Of a stretch of DNA of 64,000 bases, positions 11,790-25,739 are shown in pieces. The notes under the pieces were generated by a model that was not told the origin of the DNA, ran no database searches, and saw nothing but the letters and a program-made list of their open reading frames with translations. Origin of the DNA: Malacoraja senta (lineage: Eukaryota); assembly GCA_038087875.1 (NCBI GenBank), contig CM075977.1, positions 205,282,001 to 205,346,000 on the forward strand, read 5' to 3'. The position numbers and the translations under genes are program-made. Every line of letters begins with the position of its first letter. Position 1 is the stretch's first letter.

Positions 11790-11916
11790 CTGTGTAGGAA
11801 GGAACTGCAGATGCTGGTTTAAACCGAAGATAGACACAAAAAGCTGGAGCAACTCAGCGGGTTGCTCATCTCTGGAGAGAACGAAGGGGTGACATTTCGA
11901 GTCGAGACCATTCTTC
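11790..11916 (-). mobile_element. Penelope-type repeat (degenerate hammerhead core)
   Basis: Closely similar to the copy at 55814-55943. Confidence 0.65.
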
Positions 11917-11954
11917 ACACTGTGATTATTTGATATCGGTAATGATTGCAATCC

Positions 11955-12320
11955 CACTGCGGACCCACTGCATCGGTCGTCCGGTCTCTCTCACACGCAC
12001 AAGCACCACCAGCGGGAGTCCGGGCGTCGAACTCCTTTGTCAGCAAGCGCGGAGGGTGACCCGGCCTGTGTGGTGGGGGGGGGAGGGTGTGAGGCGGCAG
12101 CGCTGGCTCACCGGCGCGCAGTTGGTTCCGGCCGCTCTGTATCCGTGCGCGAGCGCGCTCCCGCCGCCGCCGCCAGGCCCGCGTGTGATTGTGACGTAGA
12201 GTCGGGAGCGGGAGCGAGCGCGGCGTGGGCCCCGCCTCCTCCTGCCCGAGCTGCTGCTCCGCTAAATATAGAAGCAGATACACACAGACAGGGAGACTGA
12301 CTGAGTAACCGGGCAGGGCT
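11955..12320 (+). promoter_or_regulatory. CpG-island promoter with CRE-like site, GC box and MEF2/TATA-like element
   Basis: Very GC/CpG-rich. TGACGT at 12192, ccccgcc at ~12230, and CTAAATATAG (exact YTA(W)4TAR) at 12262-12271. Confidence 0.65.
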
Positions 12321-12841
12321 TTCTCTCTCTAACTCTGCGAAATGGCTCTATCTATAGCTCTCTACATGTCAGTTTTTTAAAGTGCCGTAGCTTTTTTTTT
12401 AAAAGAGAATTTTTTTTTAATGCATACGAATCTCAGTCCTCACAGTCGATTTACCTTCATCTCACTGGTCAGTAAAAATTAGAAACTTGTTTCCTGCAAA
12501 AATATACAGCTGTTCAATTTTAATGACTAGAGTACATCATTAATTGTTTAATGCTTCAAGCTATAGGGCAAGCAAATTACGGCCTGTGGATATAACTGGG
12601 TTTAAATTGGCTTGCTTTTCTTTTGCTCCCCCCCCCCCCCCTCCTTGAAACTTGCGTTGTGCTCACCCGAGGAAGGAATTAAATGTTAATACTCTGTGTT
12701 ATTGTTTCAGCTGTGGTTTTGTTTAATCTTTAATGTTCACATGGCCCTTAAACGTGTTGTTGTGGTGGTGAATGATGACGAGGTTTGCGCCGCCTGATTT
12801 GCTGGTAATATGGTCGATTCTTTGCTCTCTCCTTAATCCAG

Positions 12842-12937
12842 GGTGTCAAAGAAGTTGGAGCTGTTAAAGTAACTTTCATTCGTTTTCAAGAAGGGGAAAA
12901 TTGAGGTCGGGGACGCAGCATCGTCGAGGTTTGTGCG
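12842..12937 (+). other. MEF2C: 96-nt ATG-less 5' UTR exon
   Basis: Acceptor ttctttgctctctccttaatccAG and donor GCG|GTAAGT. The start ggtgtcaaagaagttggagctgttaaagtaactt resembles the second UTR exon of the mammalian MEF2C upstream isoform (from memory). Confidence 0.6.
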
Positions 12938-15055
12938 GTAAGTGATTCACTCCCCACCCCCCCCACCAATTCTCCTGTGCGTTTACTTTTCGCTGAGGCT
13001 CTGTTTTGACATGTGTGTTCTGTGTGAAAGTGCAGAAATCATTTTAATGACTAAAATGGAGATTGCGTGCAATATATCTCTGGGTGATAAAGGAATACTT
13101 CATGCAAAGTGAAAAAAAACAGTCACTGTTCATTTTTAATTTGCCGCCTTTATGCTTAGTGTTTTCAGTAAAATTGCACGACGCGATTGCTGTATGGGGT
13201 GGGATTCCTGTTGATCGTTTCGAGGGTCTTGAACTAAATACCTTAACCATTCGAAATAGCATGGTGGATGAAATCCAACACAGTGTATTTAATCATTTAA
13301 TACTTTTGGCATTGGTCGCAGCAGTAATGCTGTAACCCTTCACTGAGTAACGCGATGGCAATGGTGGTAATCCACATCATCTCTGACTTTCTTTAAATTT
13401 CTTCAGTTTTACGTTCAATGGTTTATAGTGATTTGTCAGTGACAGCTTATTTTGGAAGTGAGGACTCGATGCTGTGCGTACTTCTGCGCAATAACGGGGT
13501 GACTTTTATCCCGCATTTCATCGGATGCAAAGAATCATGTTACTTAAATTACGCTGGATCTGTGGCGAAGGTTGTTTATTTGCGATTTCCTCAACTTTAT
13601 CAATCTCTATCTGTAGTGATTGGGACTTCCTGCACTGATGCAGTCCAGGGAAGTTGACGCCGTCCGGGAAAAAAATGCTGCTTGTTTTAATTTCCAAGTA
13701 GCTGTTCGGCATGGCATTATTTGTTATGAAATGGGCCGTCAATGCTGGCGCGGTAGGAAATGCTCTGACAGTGGAATGTGGATAGCTGCTTTCCAAGTAA
13801 TACTGCGACGCAATGTATTGAACCAATGTCTTGTATCTTACCAACTCGTCATCACGGGCAACCTGATTTCATTTTTTAGACTTCATTTTTAATCTTCAGA
13901 TTCCTACATCAACCTTCCCTCCTTCACACACCCTTACCTTTCCATCCCTTTTTTTCAACTTTCATTCAGATCTAAGTTGTTCTTTAATGTCATCTTCCCA
14001 TCTATTCAGTTCATTGGTGCATTGTTTTATTTATGTTTCCTAACACGGCAAACCACATTTTTATAACGTTATTGTACACACAGTTCCTTTTTTATGCTGG
14101 CTTCCTCGATCTGTCATTCGGAGTACTTGCAAGTTTTCAGACAAATTAGCTACATGAGTACAAGAAAGCTTTTGTAAACTCGAAGCAGAATTGATGCAGA
14201 ACCAGAAATGCATTTTACTGGGATACAATTCGAGTTGTATTGTACTTGACCACAATTTTTCATTAGTTAGTGAGAAATTAAAATATATATGCCCTTTTTA
14301 CAAGGTGCCATCTATGTGTTCTGGAAGTGTTCAGTTATTCCCGGAATGTTGGTCTACCCATTAGATTTTAAATATATCAGGCTAATGACTGTAATATGTT
14401 ACATTGTAATCCAAGTTGTTGAACTGCTGTCAGAGAAGGCCATGCTCGAAGTTGCGTTATCAAAACAAAATATGACAGATCTCGCAATAATGAAATAGAA
14501 GCGACGAATACGTATTGTACAACGTATGTTACATCAAGTCGAGGAGTCCAATTAGCTAATCACGCGAACGAGGAGAGTTAATGTTTTCTGTACTGGCTGG
14601 TGGTTGAACGGTTGTTTTAGGAAAATGCTGAAGATTTGATCCCGCCCCTTTACAAGAGTGAAACTGATAATCCATAAAACTGGTTTAGGATTGTGGGAGA
14701 ATTCAAGTCGTGTTACTTCTTCCTCGCTGCCACTTAGTCGTTCAACCAAATATCTGGCGATTAAACAAAATATTGTTCAGATGTTCCCCAATGGAATCTA
14801 TCGACACCGTTCGATCAAATTTATTTGAGGCCAGTAGGGTGGAAAGCAGACACCAGGTGTAGTCGAGTATCAATCATATGCACACCTTCCGTTTGGAGAA
14901 GACTTTTTTCCCCCAGAGAAGATTCGACAGTGAGTGAAATCCAACCAGCAGATAGGATCAATTTTAAATTCTGGACTACTTTATGGTTGTCACTTGCAAT
15001 AGTTGTCAGCGTCGCCGCCCCACTTTCTTGACAGCGTCGCCGCCCCACTTTTCTT

Positions 15056-15149
15056 GTCTGAAGAAGGGTTTCGGCCCGAAACGTTGCCTATTTCCTTCGC
15101 TCCATAGATGCTGCTGCACCCGCTGAGTTTCTCCAGCATTTTTGTGTAC
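15056..15149 (+). mobile_element. Penelope-type repeat with hammerhead core at 15058-15085
   Basis: CTGAAGAAGGGTTTCGGCCCGAAACGTT..., flanked by duplicated host sequence. Confidence 0.72.
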
Positions 15150-15999
15150 CACCCACTTTCTTGACAGCTGGTTGCATAGTTTGCAATACCTATCAATGCT
15201 GCATTCCGTTTATTTTCCGTATTCGGGCGTTGTTGAGGTCCCGATGTTTGTAAAATGAAACCTGTTACTTTGCGATGTCAGATATGTGGTGTTGTTGATT
15301 ACATCCTGATGCTTTGACCTTGCTGTGTGTGCTCCGTGTTCCTATTTGACGTTAATATAAAAGAACAAGAAACTGGCTCTTTGGAGCAGAGACACATGAT
15401 ATTTTGTCTTTTAAGAAGTGTAACATATTAGCATATTCCCTCAAGCGATATATATTTAAATTAGTCAACTTTTTCAACCTTTAATTCATACAATAATTAA
15501 TTGTGAAGCATGTGTTTCCAGGTAGTTTTGAAAACATATTGCACATCATTGCAACCATGGAGTGAAACATAGCAGGTTAAGAAATGCAGTTCAATGTTAA
15601 TGTATAACAGACAAGTATTGTTAGAGGGCATTGTTCAAAGCTAAGTCATCTTTTGCATCGAAATATAATTTGGTTGATAGTTTGTCAATTCAAACTTGAA
15701 GGAAGATTCCTTGGTGCTGATTTAAGTTTTGAGGTTACTTTGTGCTGATTTTACTTTTTAGGTTATTTCTATTTCCTGGTATTTTTGTATGAGTACACAG
15801 GTAGGAAAGAACATTGATATGCTAACCTGGGAAATGACCGCCACAGTTTTATTTTGCTGGTAATGCTGACAGGTATAGCATGGGAATGGCATTCATAAAA
15901 ATAATTTCTATTGGCTTGACAAATATCTCTTAAGAATATCTGACTTCTGATTCATACAACTGAATTAGTTAATATATTTTTGTCAATGCTTATTTTGAG

Positions 16000-16064
16000 T
16001 TGTCACTTTTTGCTATTTGCTTTGAAATGTTTTGTCACTTTTTGCTATTTGCTTTGAAATGTTT
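16000..16064. repeat. Tandem duplication of a ~32-bp unit
   Basis: tgtcactttttgctatttgctttgaaatgttt occurs twice. Confidence 0.85.
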
Positions 16065-16792
16065 TAGGAAAAATACTATATTTCCTCAAACAAAAACAAT
16101 CACTTCTATGATTCCATCTATTTAGTTTGCACCACATATATGCCATTTGACTCCCTCATTTCTTTCTTGCATAAGAAAATGTGCATAAGAAGAACACTGA
16201 TAGTTTGACAATATGCTGGAATTTGCAAGGTCGTGGAAGAGACGTGCTTAGTGTTGCCAAATGGAATAGAGAAGGTTTTTCGAGACCAAACAAAAAAAAA
16301 AGCAGCACATATCTCTAGTCTAGAAATGCTGTATGTTGTTGGAACTAATTTTATCAAGAAAACGAATAATTAAATAATACAAAATCAGTATGCAAATGGT
16401 AATGACATACAGATATTAGTACCACGTTGCAACATGGACCTTAATCCAAAATGATTTGCAAAGATTTTTTTCTATAGAAACACTGTGGTGACAGGGTATG
16501 TTTAAATAGTTATTATTCAGACCAGATTCGATAATAAACATTTTAGCCAGACAAGGAGGTGTAGACTTTGAAGTAGCAATTTGCAGCATGATGCTCATAC
16601 TCTTGTACAGTTTTGATGTTTGGTCATTTTAAAGTAATTAAGGAGAAATTATACATTGGGGTAGCACAATGTGGCATTATAATTTAGGATTGCGTATTGT
16701 AGGATGCTTTTTAAACGTTGGACCTTTAATTATCATTCAAAATTGTATGATGTTAGTTAGGTAATACAGAAAACCGTTTCTACATAATCAGA

Positions 16793-16866
16793 TGGTAGAC
16801 AAAAATGCTGGAGAAACTCAGCGGGTGAGACGAAGAAATAGGTGACGTTTCGGGTCGAGACCCTTC
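16793..16866 (-). mobile_element. Internally deleted Penelope-type repeat
   Basis: gtagacaaaaatgctggagaaactcagcgggtgag...aataggtgacgtttcgggtcgagacccttc. Confidence 0.65.
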
Positions 16867-18835
16867 GATTATAATTTTGTAGTATCCCACTTAAATTTTA
16901 CGTTAACAATTCAGTATGGATCATTTTAAAGATCATGCAGTGCGTTGTGGTTCTAATTATGTATCAGATTAGATATTAATCTTAATAATTGCTTATTGCT
17001 TTGTAGGATTAAGAGCTAATCTGCTCCGGCCTAAGGCAAATTTGTAGCATGTGGATATCTGATTAGAGATATACTCATTAGTCCTTTAATCTTAAAGTCA
17101 CATAGGCATTTGGACAGTGGAGGACAATCTCTCAGTGTGGCCTGTCATCTTCAAGAAATCAGACAGGCTTTCACAGGCAATTGATGAAAAACCAGCACTG
17201 ACAAGAGTCTTGTGTATCATACAAAGGAAGGATTAGGCGGTTCACGTGTCATCCTGATTGGCTGGAGACCAGAGCTGATTGCTGGGGCATGGCAAGGCAC
17301 ACTCCAGTTTCAATTGATTATCATATGAGGAGACAATATCCCTGCCAGTTGTCCTACTTAAGCTGTAATCTAAAACTGCTAAAATCAAATCTCTGCAGTG
17401 CCCCCTTTAGCTTACTCCACCTCTTTGAATTTAGTGATTAATTATCAAGCTAATCATTACATCATTTTCCCATGTCATATTATTCATCTTAATTATTTGA
17501 AATCATGAAAAATGAAATTGGTGCAATATGCCAATGTCGGATACACATAATACAGCATAATATTGTACAAAAGCTTAAGTGTTTTTTTATATATATAAAT
17601 TTTATGCAATTTGGGACATGATTAAACTGGGTTATTTGGTTTGAAATCAATTGTGTTTGTTTTTTGTCAAAGATAATTTGATTAAAGATTTAAAACAGAA
17701 ACATAATACATTTTGTATAATTCCAGTTGTTGAAAAACATGCTGTTTCATTCTGACTTGACATTTTTAAAAATAATATTTTAAACAATGAAACCACTCAG
17801 TGCCATAAGCAGCCATTCCATTCTGTGTGCTTGGGGACAAATTTTAACATTGCAATAAATCAAAATTACTGGAAAAAAACATGGGAAACAAGCTTTAGAA
17901 AGCTGGATATTCTATGAGTGTGCTGTACATTTAAATTGTGATCACTTTTAACATTTATTTTTAAAGATACTTATTTGCCATTCTACATACACATGAATGA
18001 GAAGCAGTTCGATAAGTATTGCATGGAATTGTATACAGCTCTACTTTATGCATTATATATTAAAATATAAACTAATTTTAGCCATCTACAATAAATCAGT
18101 AACACTTTTTTTCAAATTTGATCTTCCATGAAGTTAAGTCTATTACTCAAAATTAATCATATATCACTCGTATTTAATGCTGAGAGCAAGACACATGATC
18201 AATATACTGCCTAACCCACATTTCTGTAGGCTTTTCATGAGCCTATATTTCCACTGTAAATGTCAGTGAGATATTATGATGAACATTTTTTCTCATGTGA
18301 TATGTAGCATTCCTTTACACAGTAACATTTCTATTTACTCGCAAACCATGTGGCTATATTTTGTGGATTTTTTCAATGTTTTATTTGTGAATATTGCAGG
18401 ATTTTAAAAACGGAATAATTTATTTTCAGTTTTGTTATGTTTAATGTTAATAATTAAATTTATTGCATATTGAATGCAACATTTAAAACATTTTCCAGGA
18501 GTTAGTAAGTGGGAGGTGTTTGTGACAAGGACAGACAATTCTGTGATTTCTATCTTGCTGGCTGAGCTTCTTTAAGTGATTTACTGGTGTATCTTTCATG
18601 AGCTTTTTTTTTCTTTCCCATGGGCCCTGTTGAGCATGTCACACTTGAATTTTAGTTGGCAGGAATATATTACAATGCATGTTAACCCACAGTTGCTGTT
18701 GAAAAGAATAAGCAGAGGCAAATGTGTCTGAAAACTCAATGTACAAAAACGACTGACATAATTACTTTATTTTGTGGGGTATAATGGGTACATTTCTGTA
18801 AATTTAAAATACTAATCTCTGATCTTTGTGTCATT

Positions 18836-19180
18836 TTGGTTCAGTGGTGACACATTTATTTGTGAGTCCAAGTCCCACGTCAGGATGTGGATGTAAAAAC
18901 TAGGATGTCACCTCTGGGCAACATTGTGATGGAGTGCTCTACTGTTGGAAGTAACATCAGTCAGTTGATCTGTTAAAATTCTGGACGCTTTTCAGAAAGT
19001 AAAGATCCTATGGCACTTCTGCAAAGAGACCTGGCAATTCTCCAAATGTTCTACCATTTCTCTTTCAACACCAATTTTTGGTTCCCATCCACATGGAACT
19101 TGGTTGCCATGTTTGCCGACATACACTTCAGAACGAGTACATTGATAATGAAAGTAGTTTGGGATATCTCACCATGTGAA
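18836..19180 (+). mobile_element. Ancient DeuSINE/SacSINE1-like SINE
   Basis: tRNA-like head tggttcagtggt, followed by ggagtgctctactgttgga...taaagatcctatggcact. Resembles the Deu domain from memory and is very degenerate. Confidence 0.4.
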
Positions 19181-19659
19181 AGAAAAGATTTGAAGGTAGG
19201 TTTTCTGTTTCTTTGGAAAGAAATGTGAAGCAAATTTATATCATTGTTGCTGTGGTCTGGATGCCAGTCAGCAGATTGATAAAATGACATTGCACATACA
19301 ACCAACAATTTTGGGGGGGGGGGGTTTCAAAACAGTTTTGGAATAGTCTAAGAATATGAAAAGTTATTACACAAATTATGCCAGCAATGATTGACTGCGC
19401 ACACTTAAATAAAATAAATAATCACAGCTATTGATGGCCGAGCTAGATTATCCAGAAATTAATTAACTCGGATAAGGTGGCCCGCGATTTGATCTATGCT
19501 ATGTGCTGAGTAAAATGGTTTAATCTAGGTCAATAGTTAAAACTCCAACATTAATCTTGTTCTTGATATTGGATTAGACAGAACAAAATCAGTCAGGATT
19601 CTGTTTTTTCTATTGGTATCCAGTCGCACCTGGTAGAAATGAACTTCTGTGGATGTTAG

Positions 19660-19895
19660 TCATAGAGTGATACCGTGTGGAAACAAGCCCTTCAGTCCAA
19701 CTTGCCAACATGTCCCAGCTACACTAGTCCCACATGCCTGCATTTCATCTATACCCCTCCAAATCTGTCCTATCCATGTACCTATCAAACTGTTTCTTAA
19801 ACGTTGGGATAGTCCCTGCCTCAACTACCTCCTCTGGCAGCTTGTTCCATACACCCACCACTGTTTGTGTGAAAAAGTTACCCCTCAGATTCCTA
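19660..19895 (-). mobile_element. CR1/HER1-type LINE 3' fragment
   Basis: Homologous to 1346-1556 and 40595-40940. Confidence 0.7.
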
Positions 19896-21559
19896 AAAAC
19901 TAGTATATTTAGATGCTAAGATTGCCTTTGCAAATACTAATTATGTTTGGAAGTAAATACTAGATGTGCAAATTCAGAATTTCCTTTACATTTGAGTGCA
20001 GTTTAGTACCTTGCATTGTTTTGACTAAATAACTGCTGCACATTTTTGGGGGTTCATGTCAATTTCAAGGAAATACCATAATATGCAAGTTTAGTTTCCA
20101 CAATAAATTTTATTGCCCCAATGCACTACTGTAGTGCGAACTAATAAAATGTTCAAGTGTGTTTTTATATCTGTATATAAATAATGTAATATTGCTGAAC
20201 AATAAGCAGAAAATGCATTGCATGCCACATTCTCAAAATGGTACAACAACTGTATTCTTGAAGTACACTATAATGGAATCTTGCCAATCTCATCTTTTAG
20301 CCCTAAAATCTTAACTTTAGAACTATTATTTTAACATTATACAATAAGCCTGGGCTTGTAAATTGAGTCCACGATTATATCTTGTAGATTCCAAACTGAA
20401 CCAAGGCCGTTGAACACCGATAGTATAACTAAAAACGGCTCCATTCCAAATTAAGTCTTTTTTTTCTTTTGCTTTTGGTATTAGATTGCATTTATAATAG
20501 CCAATTGTACCATTTTAAGAGTCATTCAGTCTGAGAATACCTACACTTGACTTTGGCTCAGTTAAGTTTGCCAGATTTAGATTTACTCAGCCTTCTAATT
20601 TGGGCTGGTTCTTTGATATTAGTTTGCATAACTTAACTGTAGTGTTTCAGAGCCAAAATGCCATTGCTGTGATCATCCTTTCCTTGTTCTGTTAAGTTTG
20701 TATTGACATCGGAAATTTTGATTTCATTTTTTTCTTTCATTTACTGTCTTTTCAATTTATGGCCAAGAGGGCATGCATGTGACCCAGGCATAAGTCTTTG
20801 CCAATTCTCCACTTAAGCGGGCTGGTAAGAAACATGGGAATGGAATTTGGCAGCTGGCCTCATTCTCTCCCTGTGGAAATGTCCAGCCTGGGAAATATTG
20901 GAATTTTATCATGTATAAACTAATGCTGGATTTAAATGTATTATCATTTTGTCTTGCATTAAAAAGAAAGTTAAAAGATACATGATAGCGTGTGATTATA
21001 GGCATGGGCAAATAATTCAGCTGAAATCTTTGCAGAGCAAATTGTTTTATCGATATAGCATCAGGTAATTGGAAATAAATCCTTTTGGAAATTGCTGGGT
21101 TATCATAAAAATCCAATTAATTCACGAATGAACAGAGAATTTGCCATCCCCAGACATTTTCAAGAACTGGGCATTTGTGGCATTTATTACTCAACACTAA
21201 TTGCTCCTGAGAAGGTGGTATTGAGGTGCTACTGTGAACTGTTGTCTTTCTGGCAAAGCCCCTTCTATAGGAACAGGAAGATTTAGACCCACTGACAATG
21301 AAGGGCATCCAATGTATTTCCAAGATAAGCAGATAGTTTCATAGTGCTTTGCAGACATTCATTTCACCCAGAAAGAGGGATTCATTGAGAAAGATGCACC
21401 ATCCAAGGTTAGCTACAGAATAGAGGAAATTATTATTCAAAGGTTTGCGCACACAAGTAGCCAAAGTTGAAGACATTTTTCAGGAAAAAGAAATGGAACT
21501 CTAAAATGCTAATAAAAGTGGAGAATATTGAATATGAGAAAGCAGGCAAGTTATATCAA

Positions 21560-23100
21560 AGAAAAGTCACAAGACCTTGAATGGATGTTTAAAATTAAAA
21601 GAATAGCTCAGGTGAGTATGGATCTTGAGGGAATGAGATTGGTGAATTAATAATGGGAGACAAAGAAATGGCAGTTAATTTAAACCAAACCTTTGCATCA
21701 ATTTACACAGTGGAGGGGTATGCAAATAGTATCATTTTAAGAATTAGTTATTCTGAGAATTCCTACACATACCTAAAGCCTGAAGTGTCGGGCACCAGTA
21801 AGAGAATTCAAGAGACAAGTTCTAAAAAAGAACAGATGGACAAGTTTCAAATAGCATGGAAGGACTTGTAAAAAATCTCTGCCATAGATATACATAAGGC
21901 ATTGGAAAAACTAATGGGACTAAAGGAAGACGTCGCCAAGACCAAAACCCTGAACCCAAATGTTTGGAAGGAAGTAGCTGCAGAGACAGTGGAGTCATTG
22001 TTCAAAGGATTTCAAAACAGAGTTCTGAGTGGGTAAGATTGGATTGGAAATCGTCAAACATAACTACTTTATTTAGAAAGGAAGGGAGATAAAATACAGG
22101 ATAGCAATATCTCTTGTTGTTAAACAGCTGCTATTGTATTAAATAGGTATGTTTTCAGGACGGTGTCAGGGGTTATGGGAAGAAGGCAGGAGAATGGGGT
22201 TAGGAGGGAGAGATAGATCAGCCATGATTGAATGGCAGAGTAGACTTGATGAGCCGAATGGCCTAATTTTGCTCCTATCACTTATGACCCTATGACCTTA
22301 TGAGAGGTAACAAGTGGAATGCCCCAAGGATCAGCTCTTGTTCCTTAATTAGTTACCACTAACTTGACACCATGTAATATATCCAAGTCAATAGGTGCGA
22401 GGGCATGCTGCAATGAGGATGTTTTTTTAGTCTGCGACAAGATATACATCGGTTGAGTGAGTCAGTGCAAACTTGGCATAATTGGGGTATAATTTGGGAA
22501 AGTGTGAAATCAAGCACTTTGTTATGAGGATTGAAAGGAAAGAGCATTGAAATGGGTGAATTACAGTAGGTTCTTGGTGTTCTTGTGCATAAATCACACA
22601 AAGGTAGCGAGCATGTGTCACGTAGTCAGGAAGGCAAATTGGCCTTTGTTGCAAGGGAGTTGGAGTTTAAGAATGGGAGGCTTTGTTACAATTGTACAGT
22701 GTTGACGAGGCTGCACCTGGAGTTCTATGAACAGTTTAGGACCCCTCATATAAGTAAAGATTGACATAGTACCTTGATGGTAGAGTTTGATACTTTCCAC
22801 CAGTAGGCAAATATTGAAAAAGGGGAAAAGGTACTCAATAAAGAAATGGTCACATAAAACTGAGATGCTTCGCAATTTCTTTTCGCAGAGGGAGGTGAAT
22901 GTCTGAAATTCACCTTCAGAATGTAATGGAGGTTATATTAGAAGGGGAGATATAATATTTTGAAAAAATGGGGAATTCAGGGAAAAGTGGAACTGGCACA
23001 GAAGAAGAGATAAGGACTGGGTTAGAATAGCCATGATTTTACTGAATGGTGGGGCAGGCTAGCGAGGTTATTTAGCCTACTCCTGCATGTATTTTCTTGT
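21560..23100 (+). mobile_element. Old, heavily decayed CR1 LINE with a younger HER1 3' tail inserted at ~22162-22281
   Basis: Residual CR1 peptides (MGDKEMAVNLNQTFASIYT), a CR1-like 3' end near 23040-23100, and a nested HER1 3' UTR with tatgacc-type tail. Confidence 0.6.
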
Positions 23101-24744
23101 GTAAGCCAGCATGGTGCATGATTGGAAGAGAACCTGAAGGTCATGATGTTCCCATCCACCTTGTGTATGAGATCTCTGATTTGGGAGGTGTTGTTTGAGG
23201 AGCCCTGATGATGTGTACAAATAGCATCAGATAAATACACTTCCTCAAACTATATTTTAAACATGTATAATTACACTTGAATAACAATTAGAATTGACTA
23301 ATTCATGATTTTATATTATGTGATTCAATTGAAAATCCACAATTAATACAAGTACACAATACCAAACTGGTGAGATGAGCAAGTTTGTAAAACAGAATCA
23401 AATACTATTGATGCCCCATAGTGTAGAACTATTTATTTTTACGGGGTTTTGAATTACTTTCTCCATTTAAAAGTATGTATGTAGATTAGACAGTGCTGAA
23501 AAAGACTGTTCGACGTAACCAATTGAGCCTCTGCCAATCATTCCTTGTATAAATCTGTCAGCATAGCTGTCTCATTCTGTTCTTCCTCATGCATTTTCAG
23601 CTTTTTTTATTTTAACTACTCCTTGTTCCACTTTTTCACCATCCTTTGGATAAAGAGGTTTGAACTGAATCCTGAGAATTATGGATTTTTGGTATCTTTT
23701 ATATTAATTTCTTCTAGTCGTGTACTTCTCCACAAGTGGAATTTTGTTTAATGCATTCCCAATACGAAAGTCCTTCATAATTGTAGTGACCTCTGGTAGG
23801 TCACCCTGCAGCTTTGCAAGTCACATGCATGAAGTTATAATATAATGCTTATTTCAGCCAGTACCATGAGCGATGATTTGAAACTTAGGCCATTTGTAAT
23901 CAATTAAAATTCAAGTATTTGTATAGGGCTGGATTGGACAGGACCCAGTTCACTGCCTGCCTTCCTGGTCATGAATTGTCCAGATGTGGAGGGCTGTTCC
24001 AGCTGATCCTCCACACCCCTTAGCCACCCCACAATGTGGTGAATGGGCCTCACGTGCTGTACCACTTGGCCTTACCCGAAAACACCTTTGACAACTTTTC
24101 ACAGTTGAAGGGTTTTAAAATTGAGACATTGAGACTAGATTGCCAATAACTTTTTAAAAATATTACACTTAAGCAAATTGATTAAAGATATCTTAAAACT
24201 AATTTTGTATATTCACTTCTTTGGATCTGGGCATTGCTGGCAATGCCAAGGTGCTTTGTCCATCCTTACTTATCCTTGAAAAGGCGGTGATGAATTACTG
24301 CCTTGAAAAGCTGAAGTCCTTATGATCAAGGTAGCCCCGCAGTGCTGTTGGGTAGGGTGTTCCAGGATTTAGCACTAGAGGAGAAGAAAGATTAGCTGTA
24401 TGCTTTCAAGCCACCATGGTGGGTAACCTGGGGTAGAATGTGCAGGTGGTGGTTTTGCCATCCTTGTGCCTGGTAGCAGAAGTTGTAAGTTTGAGAAGTT
24501 TTGTCAAAGTAGTCCATGTAAGTACCTGCGTTGTACTTTGTAGATTGTTACGCTGGTGGTGCATGGAATGAATGTTTAGATTGGTTGACGATGCATCAAT
24601 TAAATGTATTTGCTTTGTCCATATGGAATAAAAACACTAGAGTAAAGTAAGAGAACATAACCATTTAACAGTCGCTATTTTTTTTTTTTGGCACAGTCGG
24701 TGGCCCCATTCAAATGAATGTTCACAGGAACATCCTATCCTAGT

Positions 24745-24986
24745 TATCCCTGCACATTAACACTACCCTACACACACTAGGGATGATTCATAATTTTACC
24801 AAGCCAATTAACCTACAAACCTGTACGTCTTTGGAGTGTGGGAGGAAACCGGAGCTCCCAGGGAAAACCCATGCTAGTCACGGGGAGAATGTACAAACTC
24901 CATACAGACAAGCACCCATAGTTAGGATCGAACCAGAGTCTTTGGCACTGTTAGGCAGCAATTATACCGCTGCGCTACCTTGCCGC
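24745..24986 (-). mobile_element. HE1-like tRNA-derived SINE
   Basis: Reverse-complement similarity to the + copy at 35836-36143. Confidence 0.75.
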
Positions 24987-25739
24987 ACATTATCTGTATG
25001 CATCTATCTATACGGTATCTATAGATACCATTATCTATGAGCTTTCAACTTTCGTTAAGAAGAACTTGTGTTGACAGAAATGATCTAACTTTCTCATTGG
25101 TGAGAACCCTGATATGACGTTCATTTAAAAAAGTACACGATTATTTATTTAGGCAAATTGCATGATGCAAGGCCATGTGAAGAATACTTGTACTGAGCAA
25201 ATATCTGCATTGTGTTACATGTCTAGTTACATTATATTTGTGTTATGTTTTAGTTTATGTATTATCATCCAAAATGAATTCCAATCGATGGGGAATTACT
25301 TTTAAAAAAGTGAATTGGTCACTTTTTTTCCCCCTAATTTTCCTATTTTGTATGATATATATGGTTTTTACGTGGTATCAACTGGGCAGTAGATATTGTG
25401 CTCATTGTTTTGTCATAATTTTGTTCTCTGTTACTAAGCCATCTCTTTAGGAAAAGGATAAATGTTCTTAGCTCAATTTTGAATTGTGGACAATGCTGCG
25501 AAGTTAAATTGGATTATCTATTGTTAATTATTCTTGACAATGTGATTAGGTGGAGAGTTTCTGAATTTATAGCTAACAGTGAATGAATTATGATATATTT
25601 CCAAATGAATATCCAAATAAATCTTTGCAGATCAGATGCTGCAAATGCTGGGAACACTCAGCAGGTCAGTAAGCAAGCTTAGCAGCCAATTTAAAAAAAA
25701 AAGTCAACAGATCATTCTTTTTTATCATGAGGAGAATTG

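Noticed and set aside
11915-12300. Overlapping Pro/Arg/Ala-rich ORFs in the CpG island
   Set aside because: GC-rich sequence is poor in stop codons. No domain signature.
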